In this document: piece after piece, positions 43,256 through 54,279 of the stretch | How the letters are laid out: the number at the start of each line of letters is the position of its first letter | Numbering within the stretch: the first letter of the stretch is position 1 | Source: Minutocellus sp. GHC0000111 | Taxonomy: Eukaryota | Length of the DNA: 64,000 nucleotides | Assembly (NCBI GenBank): GCA_977018835.1 | Contig: OZ361256.1 | Coordinates: 2,108,001-2,172,000 of the forward strand | Direction of reading: 5' to 3' | Notes under the pieces: generated by a model | What the model was told of the DNA's origin: nothing | The model's input: the letters and a program-made list of their open reading frames with translations, nothing else | The model's database searches: none | Made by a program: the position numbers and the translations under genes

Positions 43256-43453
43256 TCCTCAGTTACCTTCATCTACAAGTTCAACGGCGTGAAGCGGGAG
43301 CTAAAGAAGCTCAAGCTCATCCCGGATTGGCTGTGGTGCGAGATCCAGGACGAATGCATTGTACTGCCGATCCGAGGCGAGTATCATGCCATCGTTCAAG
43401 ATGAAGACGAGATGGAGGCCGAACCGTCGCGTCGCACGAACGCGTCCATTTGA
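43004..43453 (+). CDS. Possible second ORF inside the mariner element, antisense to the transposase
   Basis: 149-aa ORF rich in ATC/GAG/AAG/GAC codons. The in-register minus frame has stops here. Confidence 0.4.
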   Translation: MLSFDFRPRHKWIEHILTAVLAIIIDQEKTLKIDGPEDFEKHMLLNVVSRLVCRAIRAENMPLDMDDVVAITESVYDKAAEMFHSSVTFIYKFNGVKRELKKLKLIPDWLWCEIQDECIVLPIRGEYHAIVQDEDEMEAEPSRRTNASI

Positions 43454-44092
43454 TTAGAGCCGCTGAAATCTAAAGTCTTATCCGAATAATTATTGTTTCA
43501 CATGAAGATAAATCAAAATTAGAGTAAAAATAGCCATTTTCTTAAATATTTCAGCATGACTATTCTTCGAGGCGCTTTTCAATCCCCTCGAAAGCAGTCA
43601 AAAACCGGGCGCTCGATTTCTCGCGAATCTGACCTCGTAAGTGTATCAGAGGGACGGGGTTCTACAAGGAAGTAAGGAAGAAAAATCTGAGCGCTTTGAA
43701 AGAACACCGCCAGGAAGGAAAGCGCTGGTTTGTTATCGATGAAAGATAATGGCTGTTTTCACTGGTTGGCTCTCGTCAGAAATCGCTGACGAGGTGTCAA
43801 TAGCAAATCAGTTGGAATTAGTTACGGCTCCAGGCTGCACATGAGCAGGAAATGAGTGGTGTTGGCGGCACCGCCGTACCTTCGTGTCAAAGTCGGGTGC
43901 CTGCTTCAAGTTCGTCAGCAGCAAAAGTCTTTCTTCCCTTAGCTTACGTCACAGAAAACATTGAACAGTTTTTCATGAAATCACTCGCCTCATTTTTTTC
44001 ACTTACCGGCACTTATTCAAGACCATCATTGCCCACTTACCGGCACTTGCCTGACCGCAAGGATGGCATAATGCACGTGCCACTTTATCACC

Positions 44093-45580
44093 ATGGTGGG
44101 TATCCGAAAGAAGAACCATGCCGTTGTTGGCGGTGACCAACTGCAAGCCCTGCGCGCAGGGTGGTTCGTCCTCACCGCCATCATTGGATGTACCCTCCTG
44201 CTCCTCCGGTATCAATTCAGTGCCGACATTAGGCTTGGCACACCACCACTTCGTGAACCCATCGGAGGTGGCAGTGGCAGCAATGCTCCGTTGTCCGATG
44301 CCTATCGCAGGAATGCCGAATTGTTGCGAAAGAAGAAGGCTGCATTGCAGAAAGCAAAAGCGAACGCTGGGTTGGCATCTGCTCCGGCGTCGCCAGAGCC
44401 TGTAAACGCGGCAGCGAAAGATGATGCTGATGAAGTAGGACAAGAATCAGATACACCAGCAGCACCCGAAACCAAGGGCAAAGTCAGTAGCGGTGCCAGC
44501 AGCAATGTTAAAGGTACTTACTTTGGCCCGTCGCGCACGGAGGGCAGTGAGCATGCAACTGTGATGGCAATGGCATCAGGATATAGCCTATCGGTGTACA
44601 AGAACTACGTCGGATCGCTGCGCAAGTCCGGATACGAGGGTAACATCATTCTCGGCGTTTCGGCCCCATTGCCAAGCGATGTGGAGAAGTACTTTGACGA
44701 GCAAAAAGTGACTCCAAAGATATTGCAGTTTGTCAACTGTACCTTTACACCTCTCGATGGAAGCAGCAAGAAGGCCGAGGAAACCAATTCTCACGTCAAG
44801 GAGCAGAACACCTGTGCTCACCCGTACAGTGATATCAAGCTTCGTTGGAGCCGTTTCCCTCTGTTGCGAGATTGGCTGGAGGAGTGTAAGGAATGCACAG
44901 GACCGGTGCTGATATCGGATGCTCGAGACGTATTCTTCCAGCGCGACCCGTTCGGAGTAGGAGCGCCGGAAGTCGAGGGGCTGCACGTATTTGAAGAACA
45001 TCATACGCAAACTACGGCGCATTGGTTGGTGAGAGACGTCGTTCGGCGATGCAAGGACATGGACTTTGGCAAACCGCCCTTGGAGTCAACAATGCTTTGC
45101 TCTGGTACGACGATCGGCACTAGAGATGCAATGCTGCGATACCTATCGACCATGTACGAAGAGATGAAGGCGTGGACAAAGCAACCGAAATGCTGCTGCA
45201 ACAAGATGAATGGCGACGATCAGAGCATTCATAACTATCTGTTTTATACTGGCAAGCTCCCCTTCGCGAAGGCCATACCAAATCGAATGGGTATTGTCAA
45301 TACAGCTGGAGTTCAGGGATCTTTTGCTATTGAGAGCCACAGCGCCGCCTGGGTCGAAACAGGACTGACTCGACCCGAATCGATGCGCAAACCGTATCAG
45401 GGTGCAGAAGGTCATCGATGGATTGGCAAGGAATTTGATTTGACCGACTCATCAGGATTCTTTACCGATCACAATGGAGAACGATCACGAGTTGTTCATC
45501 AACACGACCGATTTGGAATTCCGATGCAAACTTATTTGTCGCAGAATAAAGGTCCTTTGTATGAGCACTTGAATGGATGA
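44093..45580 (+). CDS. Type II membrane protein, glycosyltransferase-like (diatom-expanded family)
   Basis: N-terminal TM anchor and stem. ISDARDVFFQRDPF (D-x-x-D) and DDQSIHNYL motifs. Confidence 0.75.
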   Translation: MVGIRKKNHAVVGGDQLQALRAGWFVLTAIIGCTLLLLRYQFSADIRLGTPPLREPIGGGSGSNAPLSDAYRRNAELLRKKKAALQKAKANAGLASAPASPEPVNAAAKDDADEVGQESDTPAAPETKGKVSSGASSNVKGTYFGPSRTEGSEHATVMAMASGYSLSVYKNYVGSLRKSGYEGNIILGVSAPLPSDVEKYFDEQKVTPKILQFVNCTFTPLDGSSKKAEETNSHVKEQNTCAHPYSDIKLRWSRFPLLRDWLEECKECTGPVLISDARDVFFQRDPFGVGAPEVEGLHVFEEHHTQTTAHWLVRDVVRRCKDMDFGKPPLESTMLCSGTTIGTRDAMLRYLSTMYEEMKAWTKQPKCCCNKMNGDDQSIHNYLFYTGKLPFAKAIPNRMGIVNTAGVQGSFAIESHSAAWVETGLTRPESMRKPYQGAEGHRWIGKEFDLTDSSGFFTDHNGERSRVVHQHDRFGIPMQTYLSQNKGPLYEHLNG

Positions 45581-45626
45581 ACAAATAGAACGAAAGCTAT
45601 ATTTTCAGTCTCAATAGTAAATTAGA

Positions 45627-46646
45627 TTAGTAGTCGCCATATTCATCAGATTCCGATGTGTGAAGTTCATGTTCTTCGCTGTCAGTAATGCCCGGAAGAA
45701 TCTCTCTCAGTTGGCGAAGGATGAGCGCTTCGCGGCCATGCATTACGCCGGCGAAATCCGAAATCAATTCGAGTATTCCTGCTTTGCCACGCAAAAGTTT
45801 CACTGGAGTATGATACAAGTCGTCCCAAAGCAGTTTGTATTGTTCGGGAGGGGTATTCTTGAGAATTCTCGTCGCAGCGCACTCCGAACGATTCCTTTTT
45901 GTTAGCTCAGAAAGTAGCTTTTGGGGGGAAGGCATTGGAATGTGAAGAGTGCCCTGCAAGAACACAGCAAAGCCTTTGCGACGTTGGTATTCCTCTTCGG
46001 CCCAATCCAACAACCCCAATCGGGACAAAGAGGACCCCTTGAGATCTTCTGTTAGAAGGTTGATGTCTAGAGCCCTTGTGCCATTGTCTACATTGAGGGC
46101 TCCATTTAGGATGAGCCACCTTCCCATTGCCCTGATGAGACTTGCGGCCCGAAGAGGACGAATGCCATTGCTGCCTGGACTTTCCGATTTGCACCGTCTT
46201 CTGACATCCTCAGAGGCCCCGTGCTCGGCAAGCCACCTGCAGGCCTCAACTTTTCCGTTTTGTGCTGCTGCATACATTGGAAACCAAAAGTCTACGTCTT
46301 CATCTCGAGTATCAGCACCATGAACATACAACCAGCGCATCATTTTCACATCGCCCTCTCTAGCAAAATAACCCATGGGCGTGATTAGGTTATCTTCTCT
46401 TCGCTGATAGTAATGGCCTGAATATTTATGCTTTTTGTCCCTGACATTATTAGGATCAAAGCCAACACTCTCATCACCAGACACTCTCTCATCACCAGAC
46501 ATGTAAACCCTGGCATCCTTCATCTTTTGCCTGGCCGTCTCCTCATCCTCGACCGGTCCTCCGGCATCAAGAAGTCGGCGCCGTTTGAGCTCCGGCTCGA
46601 TGCCACTATCAACCAGCCGGCCTGGTGCAGACGCAGAGGCCGACAT
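45627..46646 (-). CDS. Ankyrin-repeat-containing protein
   Basis: TPMGYFAREGDVKMMRWLYVHGAD and PMYAAAQNGKVEACRWLAEHGA. Confidence 0.8.
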   Translation of the reverse strand: MSASASAPGRLVDSGIEPELKRRRLLDAGGPVEDEETARQKMKDARVYMSGDERVSGDESVGFDPNNVRDKKHKYSGHYYQRREDNLITPMGYFAREGDVKMMRWLYVHGADTRDEDVDFWFPMYAAAQNGKVEACRWLAEHGASEDVRRRCKSESPGSNGIRPLRAASLIRAMGRWLILNGALNVDNGTRALDINLLTEDLKGSSLSRLGLLDWAEEEYQRRKGFAVFLQGTLHIPMPSPQKLLSELTKRNRSECAATRILKNTPPEQYKLLWDDLYHTPVKLLRGKAGILELISDFAGVMHGREALILRQLREILPGITDSEEHELHTSESDEYGDY

Positions 46647-47079
46647 AATGTATGCGATTGCAGGTATCCAACACGCCGTCTCGGTGTAGGCAGCACTTTG
46701 AGGTCAAACCCCTACCCTTTGGTTTGGTTTTCTGCTGGTTTTCTGCTTGCACGGGTTCTGCCTGCCTTCATACGGGTCTTTGGTAGAACGTTAACGATTT
46801 GCGAGGAACGCACGGCGGAACGGCAGATACGGTCCTTATTTGAGCCGTTCCAGTACGCAAGCATCGCTGGTTATCCACTCGCCCACTTTATAGTTGGCAT
46901 AGAGTGCTGTGTTGCCCGCTTGCTTGCCAGTATCTTCATATCTTGGAATCCTACGCGTCAGCGTGTAGGGTGACCAACGCATTATTTTCGTGCCAGTTTT
47001 TGGGTGACGTGCGTCCCTCTGACTTGAGCGAGACGAAGAGAAGAATTCAACCTCTCTCTACTTACTTTATTTGGCCGCC

Positions 47080-48629
47080 ATGGCATCGCCGCCGCCCAAG
47101 GGTCTGCCGGGCTTTCTTCGGCGCAGTCTGCGGAACCCGTACGACGACCCAGCGGTCGGAGGAATCGGCTCGGCCTCCGCCGAAGAAGGCTTCGGCGAGC
47201 GGTACGGCCCATCATCTTCTTCGGTCGCAGCAGTCGGTACCGCTAGTGCCGAAGCTGCAACTCTGGACACGGAGCCGGCGTCGGAGGCATCGGAATCAGA
47301 GGTGGTCCGGTGGTCGACGAGGAGGCCGACCTCAAGCGGGAGAAAGAGGCGGTAGCGTCGGCATCGAGTCGGGTGAACAGCAAGTTCCGCTTCGGGCTGG
47401 CATTGGGCGGTGACCGGGAGAGAGGAGAGGTAGGCGGCAGTGGAACGAGTGATGCATCCAACGGTGAAGCTTTGGGCATCGTTGGAGCTGGCGAGCCAGG
47501 CGAAACCAGCGGTGACAGTCCCGCAAAGTCGGATGCTGGCGGTGCATTGCAGGAGGAACAGGCATATGTGGGAGCTGTGGCCGGTGAGAAAGGCCAGAGC
47601 CCTCCCCGACCCGAACCGGAAAAGAAACAGTCGTACAAGGATGCAACATTTGAGAAAACTATCAATGCACCCGTGGTGATGCTGGGAGATCTTCGTCGAC
47701 TGTCTTGGAATGGCATCCCTCCGAAACACCGACCACAGGCATGGAAGATCCTGCTGGGATATCTGCCAGCCAATTCCGCCCGAAGGAAGCAGACGTTAGA
47801 CCGGAGGAGATCGGAGTATCGCGACGCTATTGCGACGCATTTTGACATCGATGACAATACCCGCACCATGCAAGAGCAGGAGACCCTTCGCCAAGTGCTG
47901 GTTGATGTGCCCCGAACGGCTCCTGACATTGCGCTCTTTCGAGACGATCGGCTACGACAGGCTCTCGGCCGATTGTTGTATATTTGGGCCTGCCGTCATC
48001 CAGCCAGCAGCTACGTCCAGGGTATCAATGACCTAGCTACCCCTCTGATATCAGTCTTTCTTGGTGCCTACTGCGATGAGGACGTCAATGTCCTTGAGGG
48101 CAAAATGATGGACGACGTTACCGACGATCAACTTTTCGAGGTAGAGGCCGACACGTACTGGTGCCTGACCAATCTCCTTGCTGGCATCCAGGATCATTAC
48201 ACGGCCGATCAACCTGGCGTTCAGCGAATGGTCATGCGACTGGAGGAGCTGGTGGCCAGGATCGACGCCGATCTTACCCAGCACCTTCGGGAAACCGGAA
48301 TCGAATTCTTCCAATTCAGCTTCAAGTGGATGAACTGTCTGCTGTTGCGAGAATTTACTTTGCCGTGCATTATGCGGCTGTGGGATACCTACCTCAGCGA
48401 GGGCGATGGTGGATTTGAAGACTTTCACGTCTACGTTTGTGCGGCATTCCTTTGTCAATTCAGTGCCGAGGTCCGATCCATGCAGTTCGACGAGCTGTTT
48501 GGATTTATGCAGAACATGCCCACCGGCGACTGGGGCGATAGTGAAGTGGAGATCGTCCTCAGCCAGGCATATGTCCTAAGCACCCTATTCGATGGGAGTG
48601 ATGCCCATTTGATTAGTCAGAATAGATAA
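47080..48629 (+). pseudogene. TBC1D22: Rab-GAP TBC1D22/GYP1 with an 8-bp frameshifting insertion at 47308-47315
   Basis: LRRLSWNGIP..RPQAWKILLGYLP; VDVPRT; YVQGINDL; FSFKWMNCLL.RE; RLWDTY. Removing cggtggtc fuses MASPPPKG..SEVV to DEEADLK. Confidence 0.85.
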
Positions 48630-48796
48630 CTGCTTCTCTCTATCAGCAAGAGACTTCAAATAAATGGTACTTAATATAAACCAAGAGGGAGCCATATTGC
48701 AATATATCTCTATCGTATTTTACCGGATTCCTCAACATAGCGTATGTAGAGGCATATTGTTGCCAGAACTGATGTCCGAGCGCTCGCCCAAAATCA

Positions 48797-49264
48797 TTAC
48801 TGCCAGGAGGGTGGAAGTTCGTCACCCCCCTGAAAGCTCTCCACTTCCGGAACTCCGTTCTCCTTGATGACCGATCCATCGGGCTTGACGATGACCAGAG
48901 CAGGGATGCCATACTTTCTGGGGTTGACGTTTAGGGCAGCCGCTTCCGATCCAGCACAGCAACCAAACTTGCGCTTCCAGTCATTGCGGGCCGCGTCGTC
49001 GTAGGCCACCGCGAGCCAATTGGGATGCTTGGCCTTCATGTAGGCTGCCATGGACGATTCTGCGCGATCCGATGACACAAAGACCACCTCAAACTTTTTG
49101 TCCTCTTCGTTCAAGCATTCGTACATTTCTCCAAGCCTCGCGACGAAGGGAACGCAATCGGGACACCATGACGACGAAAATAAAATGCCAGTCGTAACGG
49201 CGGGTGCCGTGGAGGGAGAGCCATCGGCGGCGTTGATGAGCGTTGCGTCGGCAAAGAGGCTCAT
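48797..49264 (-). CDS. Nucleoredoxin/tryparedoxin-like thioredoxin
   Basis: FSSSWCPDC active site, FEVVFVSSDR, GIPALVIV. Confidence 0.9.
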   Translation of the reverse strand: MSLFADATLINAADGSPSTAPAVTTGILFSSSWCPDCVPFVARLGEMYECLNEEDKKFEVVFVSSDRAESSMAAYMKAKHPNWLAVAYDDAARNDWKRKFGCCAGSEAAALNVNPRKYGIPALVIVKPDGSVIKENGVPEVESFQGGDELPPSWQ

Positions 49265-49405
49265 CTTGCGCTAAAAAAAAATAAATGGAAGCAATCTGCA
49301 GATGCAGATGCGATGAGTTTCTTTTTTGGATTTTTCACGTCAGAAAGAAAGAAGGTCTCGTCGTGTTTAGATTTTTTCATCACACTTTCACACTTTGTGA
49401 CAACC

Positions 49406-51031
49406 ATGACCGGCGAACCCAGGCCCACCGGAGACGATAAGTGGCCAGCTGCCGCCGAGAAGGACCTGCAGAGGGTTCGTGAGTTAGGCCGTGGCAATTT
49501 CGGCGCAGTGTGGTTGTGCAAAAGCAAGAAGGCCGCGGAAGGAAAGAAGATTGACGGAGATGCTACATCCGGATACGTCGCTGTAAAGGTACATTTGCAT
49601 TTATTTGTGCGAGGCGGTTGTCCGCTGATACGAAATTTACTTATACTACAAAGCTGCACGCATTGATCCGTTGGCCATTTATTGCAAGTTTCGGCTTCAT
49701 TGTATTTCTCCACTCTCTGCTTGAACTCACCTCCGTTCACTCACCTCATTCAACTCACCACGCGCCTTTCTATCTTGGCCAAACAGAACGTTGACATATC
49801 CAAGCCATCGCTCAAGGCATATGCGGAGAGAGAAATCGCCGTACTGTCCGAAATGGACCACCCGAATGTCATCAATCTGGTAAAGGCCTACAAGGCCACC
49901 AAGAAACATCCTGACTGTCGACTTGTGGTGATGTCACTCGCCAACGGACCGAACCTCCAGTCGGTAGTTGAGACCGGTGGTGCGGTGGGGCTTCCCCTGG
50001 CCAGGCTGATATCTCGTCATCTGGTGTCTGCCATATCATACCTTCACACAAGAGCGGTCATCCACAGAGATATCAAAACGGATAACGCCGCTCTGTGCCG
50101 CATCGATGTAGACCCTGCTGCTGGATCGTATGATTGGAAGAAGGACGATTTGATTTGGAGTGATGGAGAAGAAGCTCAGAGGGCAGTTGATTCCGGTCGG
50201 TGGCGGGTCATTCTCGTGGACTTTGGCATGGCACGGGCGCTTGCACCAGAAGATATGGGTCTCAAGGCTCCTGTTGAGAAAAAGAAGGAGGGTGGAGAAA
50301 TGCATGACGATGATGAAGCTGCCCTGATGAATTCTGCGCGAAAGCTGGGAGTTAGCAACAGTTCCCTTTCACCACCTGAAGAGGAGGTTCCTGCTGCATC
50401 ACCGCCAACACCTTCAGCAGCAGTGTCCAAGAAGCCGGCGAGGCGGACGCGTTCTGTGCTGGGAAGGTCTGGATTGAGCAGAGGCGAATCGATTTCTCGT
50501 ATCCGCATCAAGCGTCTATCCGCTCTCGGTACTTATGACTTTGCCGCGCCCGAGATCTCGGAAGAATACCGCAAAAAAACGAAGGACGATCTGGAAAAGA
50601 CGAAAAGTCTCACCAAGTGCATCGCGGATTATGGTCTCATTGCGGACACCTATTCTCTCGGCACAACCCTGAAGGAATGTCTTACGGGAGTGCCTGCCAG
50701 TGTTGACGAAACGGACATAGAGGCCTACATGAAGAAGAAGTCGAAGCAGAGCTTGGGCTCGAAGTTGATGGGGAAGAAGAAGCGCAAGCGCGTATTCCGC
50801 AAGATGACTGATCTCCCCAGCGATGCTGCCTTGCTTGTGAACAAATTGTCCGAGCGGAATGCCAAGAACCGCATTACCGTCAGAGAAGCTCAAATTAACA
50901 GGTACATAGCCGGTGGACTCGGAGAACCCAAGTACCAACTGCCCCAAGGTGACATCAAGACTACCTCTGGGTCCAAGATGGTGTATTTGAAGTGTGCATC
51001 TGATGGCACCTTTGATAAGGAGGTGGAGTAG
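49406..51031 (+). CDS. Ser/Thr protein kinase; exons 49406-49588 and 49787-51031
   Basis: LGRGNFGAV, VAVK, HRDIK, DFG, APE. 198-bp phase-0 GT-AG intron. Confidence 0.92.
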
Positions 51032-51124
51032 CATTGAATGGAGAACCAATATTGAAAAAATTTACATGTAACAAGGTAGTAATGCATAAGTTTCAATCGC
51101 ATTTACTTATGTAAATGATTCCCA

Positions 51125-51757
51125 TTATTGGAACTCTCCCTTGGAACCCAGTTGACCCTGAGCCTTCTTGACCATGGTCTTGCTCTGGACCATCATATCG
51201 ACCAGAGCCCAAAGCTGCGTCTCGAGCGGGGACTTGATCTTGCCCTCGCTGGTTTCATTTACTGTTTCCACTCGGATGGGTGAATCACTCCCACTATTGG
51301 TAGCAGATGCAACTGCGGCCTCGTTGATGGTTTCGGCGGCATCCTTCTCCTCGAACCGCTTCATGGCCAGCTCCCTGGCTTCTGCCTGGACCTCATTGCC
51401 CACCGCCTCCAACGATTGCTGAAACAGCTGGGAGAAGGAGTCTGCATCTCCCTCTAATCCCTGAACGATGATGGCTTGGAGGCGCGACCGACGGACGTCG
51501 TCGGTCGATTCCTTGGATAAGTCGATGATGAGATCCCTCATCCCATCGCTGGTGGTTGGAATATTCGCATTGTCCTCTGCCCCATCTCCAGCGGTACCAC
51601 GAAGAGCAGCATCAGTGAAAACGCCGACGAAGGCGGGGTGACTTCTCTTGGAATTTACTACTGGCTTTGTGATACGCGCCGATCTCGGTGACGAATGGAC
51701 GAATCCATGCGTCGGTAAGGACAACAGTGCTATCGCAAGTAGAAGTATTGATAGCAT
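51125..51757 (-). CDS. Hypothetical protein with bipartite plastid-type presequence
   Basis: MLSILLLAIALLSLPTHG|F followed by a Ser/Arg-rich transit region. C-terminal QLWALVDMMVQSK. Confidence 0.75.
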   Translation of the reverse strand: MLSILLLAIALLSLPTHGFVHSSPRSARITKPVVNSKRSHPAFVGVFTDAALRGTAGDGAEDNANIPTTSDGMRDLIIDLSKESTDDVRRSRLQAIIVQGLEGDADSFSQLFQQSLEAVGNEVQAEARELAMKRFEEKDAAETINEAAVASATNSGSDSPIRVETVNETSEGKIKSPLETQLWALVDMMVQSKTMVKKAQGQLGSKGEFQ

Positions 51758-51803
51758 GGTGGAGGTGTTGTTGTGCGTGGGGCGGAACGGCGTATCAAGC
51801 GGC

Positions 51804-51820
51804 GGGGGGGGGGGGGGGGG
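51804..51820 (+). repeat. G17 homopolymer between divergent genes
   Basis: 17 consecutive G. Confidence 0.85.
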
Positions 51821-52043
51821 CAGAAGAATAATGAGGCATGACGAGGCAGGAGGCAGGTGGCTCAAATAAATAAATGCAAACACCAAATTTCCGGGTCTTT
51901 TCAACAGTCAGCCTCGCTCAGATTTTTCTCGATTTTCACAGCTGGATTTTCATTTTCCTACTTTGGACTGCCTCCGCAAATCATGGTTGGATCGCTCAAA
52001 TCCTCAACCGCGCAGTAAGGAATCAAGCACACGAACAACGACA

Positions 52044-52559
52044 ATGAATCCTCTGGGTACCGGCGTCCTCCTGTTCTCCAAGCCTCTGTCGGCGCTGGCC
52101 CTCACGGCATCCCTGGCATCGGCCTCGTTGACCATTGAGCAATTCGAATTTTTGGCCGGCTTTCTTTTGCTCCTTTTCCTCCTCCTTGCAGTCCACCTTG
52201 CCATCCCCGTTTCGAGGTTTGAGTACGACAAGCAGGCCTTGGGTGCTGTTGCGAAGGAGAGCCGTGGGCGTCGGTCCGGTCCGGTAGCTGAGACGGCTAG
52301 AGATCACATGTACTGTCAGCAGCAGCTATCGCGATCCAAATCCATCAACCAGCAGCAGCAGCAGCAGGACAACCAGCAGCTGCCGCAGCACCAGCCGTCA
52401 TCCCCACCGAATGTCATCCGTCGAGACCAACCCAATGGATTCATTGGCGACTGCGATCTCAGAGACTTGGACGATGTTGCAGCAGTGGATGTTCGTCCTA
52501 CAGAGACCAAGGGGAACAGTGGTGGTACTACAATGACGGCGGCTACAATTCATCATTAG
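52044..52559 (+). CDS. Hypothetical membrane protein with poly-Gln tail
   Basis: ATG at 52044 in acaATG context, two hydrophobic segments, CAG run. Confidence 0.6.
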   Translation: MNPLGTGVLLFSKPLSALALTASLASASLTIEQFEFLAGFLLLLFLLLAVHLAIPVSRFEYDKQALGAVAKESRGRRSGPVAETARDHMYCQQQLSRSKSINQQQQQQDNQQLPQHQPSSPPNVIRRDQPNGFIGDCDLRDLDDVAAVDVRPTETKGNSGGTTMTAATIHH

Positions 52560-52601
52560 GACGAGCTAAACGATCAGGAGGAACCTCCTATTCATATCGG
52601 T

Positions 52602-53297
52602 ATGAGCGGAGAGGAGGTGGTGGTGGTTGCCACTCAGGTTGAGAAGGCAAGTGGTGATGAGGTTGAGAAGGAAATGACTGTCGTTGGTGGAGATGAAGTT
52701 GGCGCAGTTGCTGGTATGGAGGCGGAGGATCGTGATGATGATGAGAGGAAGGACGAAAAGGACGAGCCGGATGATATTAACTTTGCCAACGATATCGTCA
52801 CTGAGGGCAGAGATGATGGCCATGACGAAACCAACTACACCAATGCCATGGATACCGGCATTGAAGTCCAGCCCAACCAGAAGCGATCGGTCCTGGCCCT
52901 GGTATCCGAGGGCGTCATCGACAGAGTCCAGGCATCCAATCAACGGCGTGCGTTGTTTCTCCTCGATGCCAAAAAGGTGCCGTACGAAAAGGTCGATGGG
53001 ATGGACCCCTCCCAGAGGAAGGTGCGGGATGGATTGTTTGAATTAGCGGGCTTTGGTGGGAGTGGTGATGGTGGCGATGGCGATTCCCCTGCCAAGAAGA
53101 GGAAGCCGGTCAGCTATCCGCAATTTTTCTTCGTGGGAGATGGGGCGGTATCGTACGTGGGTGACTTTGAGAGGCTGCTCAGTCTGAACGATGCATCCGA
53201 TATTCCCAAGGAGATCTTGGACCAGCATCCCGAACTGGAAACGTGGGAGCGAGTCTTTGTCAATCTGGTGGATCCGTCCGAGATTGCATCGCCTTGA
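52602..53297 (+). CDS. SH3BGR/glutaredoxin-like fold protein with acidic N-terminus
   Basis: LVSEG...NQRRALFLL.AKKVPYEKVDGMDP..RDGLF..YPQFF. Confidence 0.75.
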   Translation: MSGEEVVVVATQVEKASGDEVEKEMTVVGGDEVGAVAGMEAEDRDDDERKDEKDEPDDINFANDIVTEGRDDGHDETNYTNAMDTGIEVQPNQKRSVLALVSEGVIDRVQASNQRRALFLLDAKKVPYEKVDGMDPSQRKVRDGLFELAGFGGSGDGGDGDSPAKKRKPVSYPQFFFVGDGAVSYVGDFERLLSLNDASDIPKEILDQHPELETWERVFVNLVDPSEIASP

Positions 53298-53544
53298 GTC
53301 GAGTTCGGGTTTGTCGCATCATCATCTTCAACATCAACACATCAAATACTTCGATGGCTTGGCGCCATAGAGAACGATGGCCACTGATAATATGGGAATT
53401 GAATCTAGAGTATTTCGCTATTTGACTTTGCGATGAAAAACAGATATGCTCGATTATCGGTCGCTGTTATCAGCCACCAACTCCTACGTAGCTAGCTCGC
53501 TAGCTAGCTAGGGCTATCCTCGAAAGCACCTCCCCGCACATCCA

Positions 53545-54279
53545 TCAACAGCAATCCCCAAAGACTCGTTCCCAGGTCTCCACGTCTGGATTGGCCAGCA
53601 ACACATCCGGGGGCAAACTGTCCACCTCGTTCAACTGTTCCATTCGCTCGTACGACCCCCAAAATTCCACCTTGGTTTTGGTGCCACCGTAACCATTGTC
53701 CACTTGCCTCTCTACGAAAAACTGCGGATAGTTGCCCCGGATGTCACTGATGCGGAACAGCTCGTCGCGCCGCTGTCGTTGGGCTGGGTCCATCCCGTCC
53801 ACCACCTCGTAGGGTGTTTGCCGTACGTTGAGTATGTTGAGCGCATGGAGCTGTCTGTGCGCCTGGACCCGATCGGCCACACCATTCGATATGAGACAGA
53901 TTAGTCGTTTGCCGCTGCATTTTTGCTGCTGATGCTGTCGATGAGTATGCACTTCGTCTCTCGCAACACACGCCGACGCCACAGTTGCTATCTTTTTGCT
54001 GCGCCCGTCCGCCGACCATGCCTGAAAGGCACTGGCAGGCGAGACATGAGTGTGAGTAGAGGTGGTCGTGCCGTGGGCCTCTCCCGAGGCGGCCGCGATC
54101 AGCCTTCTCCGCTGCTGCTGCCTTTTTGCGTCGAAAGACGCAGCCTTGCCAACATCCTCCCCTTCATCATTTGCCATCGAGGCGGCACTGTCGGTGCTGG
54201 TATTGGTATCCACTGTGTCGGCCGAGGCGTAGCTGAGGTCGACCGTGGAGTCGACGGAGTCCATGCTCATGTTGGCCAT
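53545..54279 (-). CDS. Second SH3BGR/glutaredoxin-like protein, convergent paralogue; start uncertain
   Basis: LISNGVADRVQAHRQ..TPYEVVDGMDPAQRQRRDELF.ISDIRGNYPQFF..ETWERVF. Confidence 0.75.
   Translation of the reverse strand: MANMSMDSVDSTVDLSYASADTVDTNTSTDSAASMANDEGEDVGKAASFDAKRQQQRRRLIAAASGEAHGTTTSTHTHVSPASAFQAWSADGRSKKIATVASACVARDEVHTHRQHQQQKCSGKRLICLISNGVADRVQAHRQLHALNILNVRQTPYEVVDGMDPAQRQRRDELFRISDIRGNYPQFFVERQVDNGYGGTKTKVEFWGSYERMEQLNEVDSLPPDVLLANPDVETWERVFGDCC

Larger units (their letters stand above)
41326..43637 (-). mobile_element. Tc1/mariner (ITm) DNA transposon, 2312 bp, 29-bp TIRs, TA target duplication
   Basis: TA|cgaagtccgtttcgcgagaaatcgtgcgc (41326-41354) and gcgctcgatttctcgcgaatctgacctcg|TA (43609-43637), 25/29 match. 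Encloses a DDD transposase. Confidence 0.92.
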
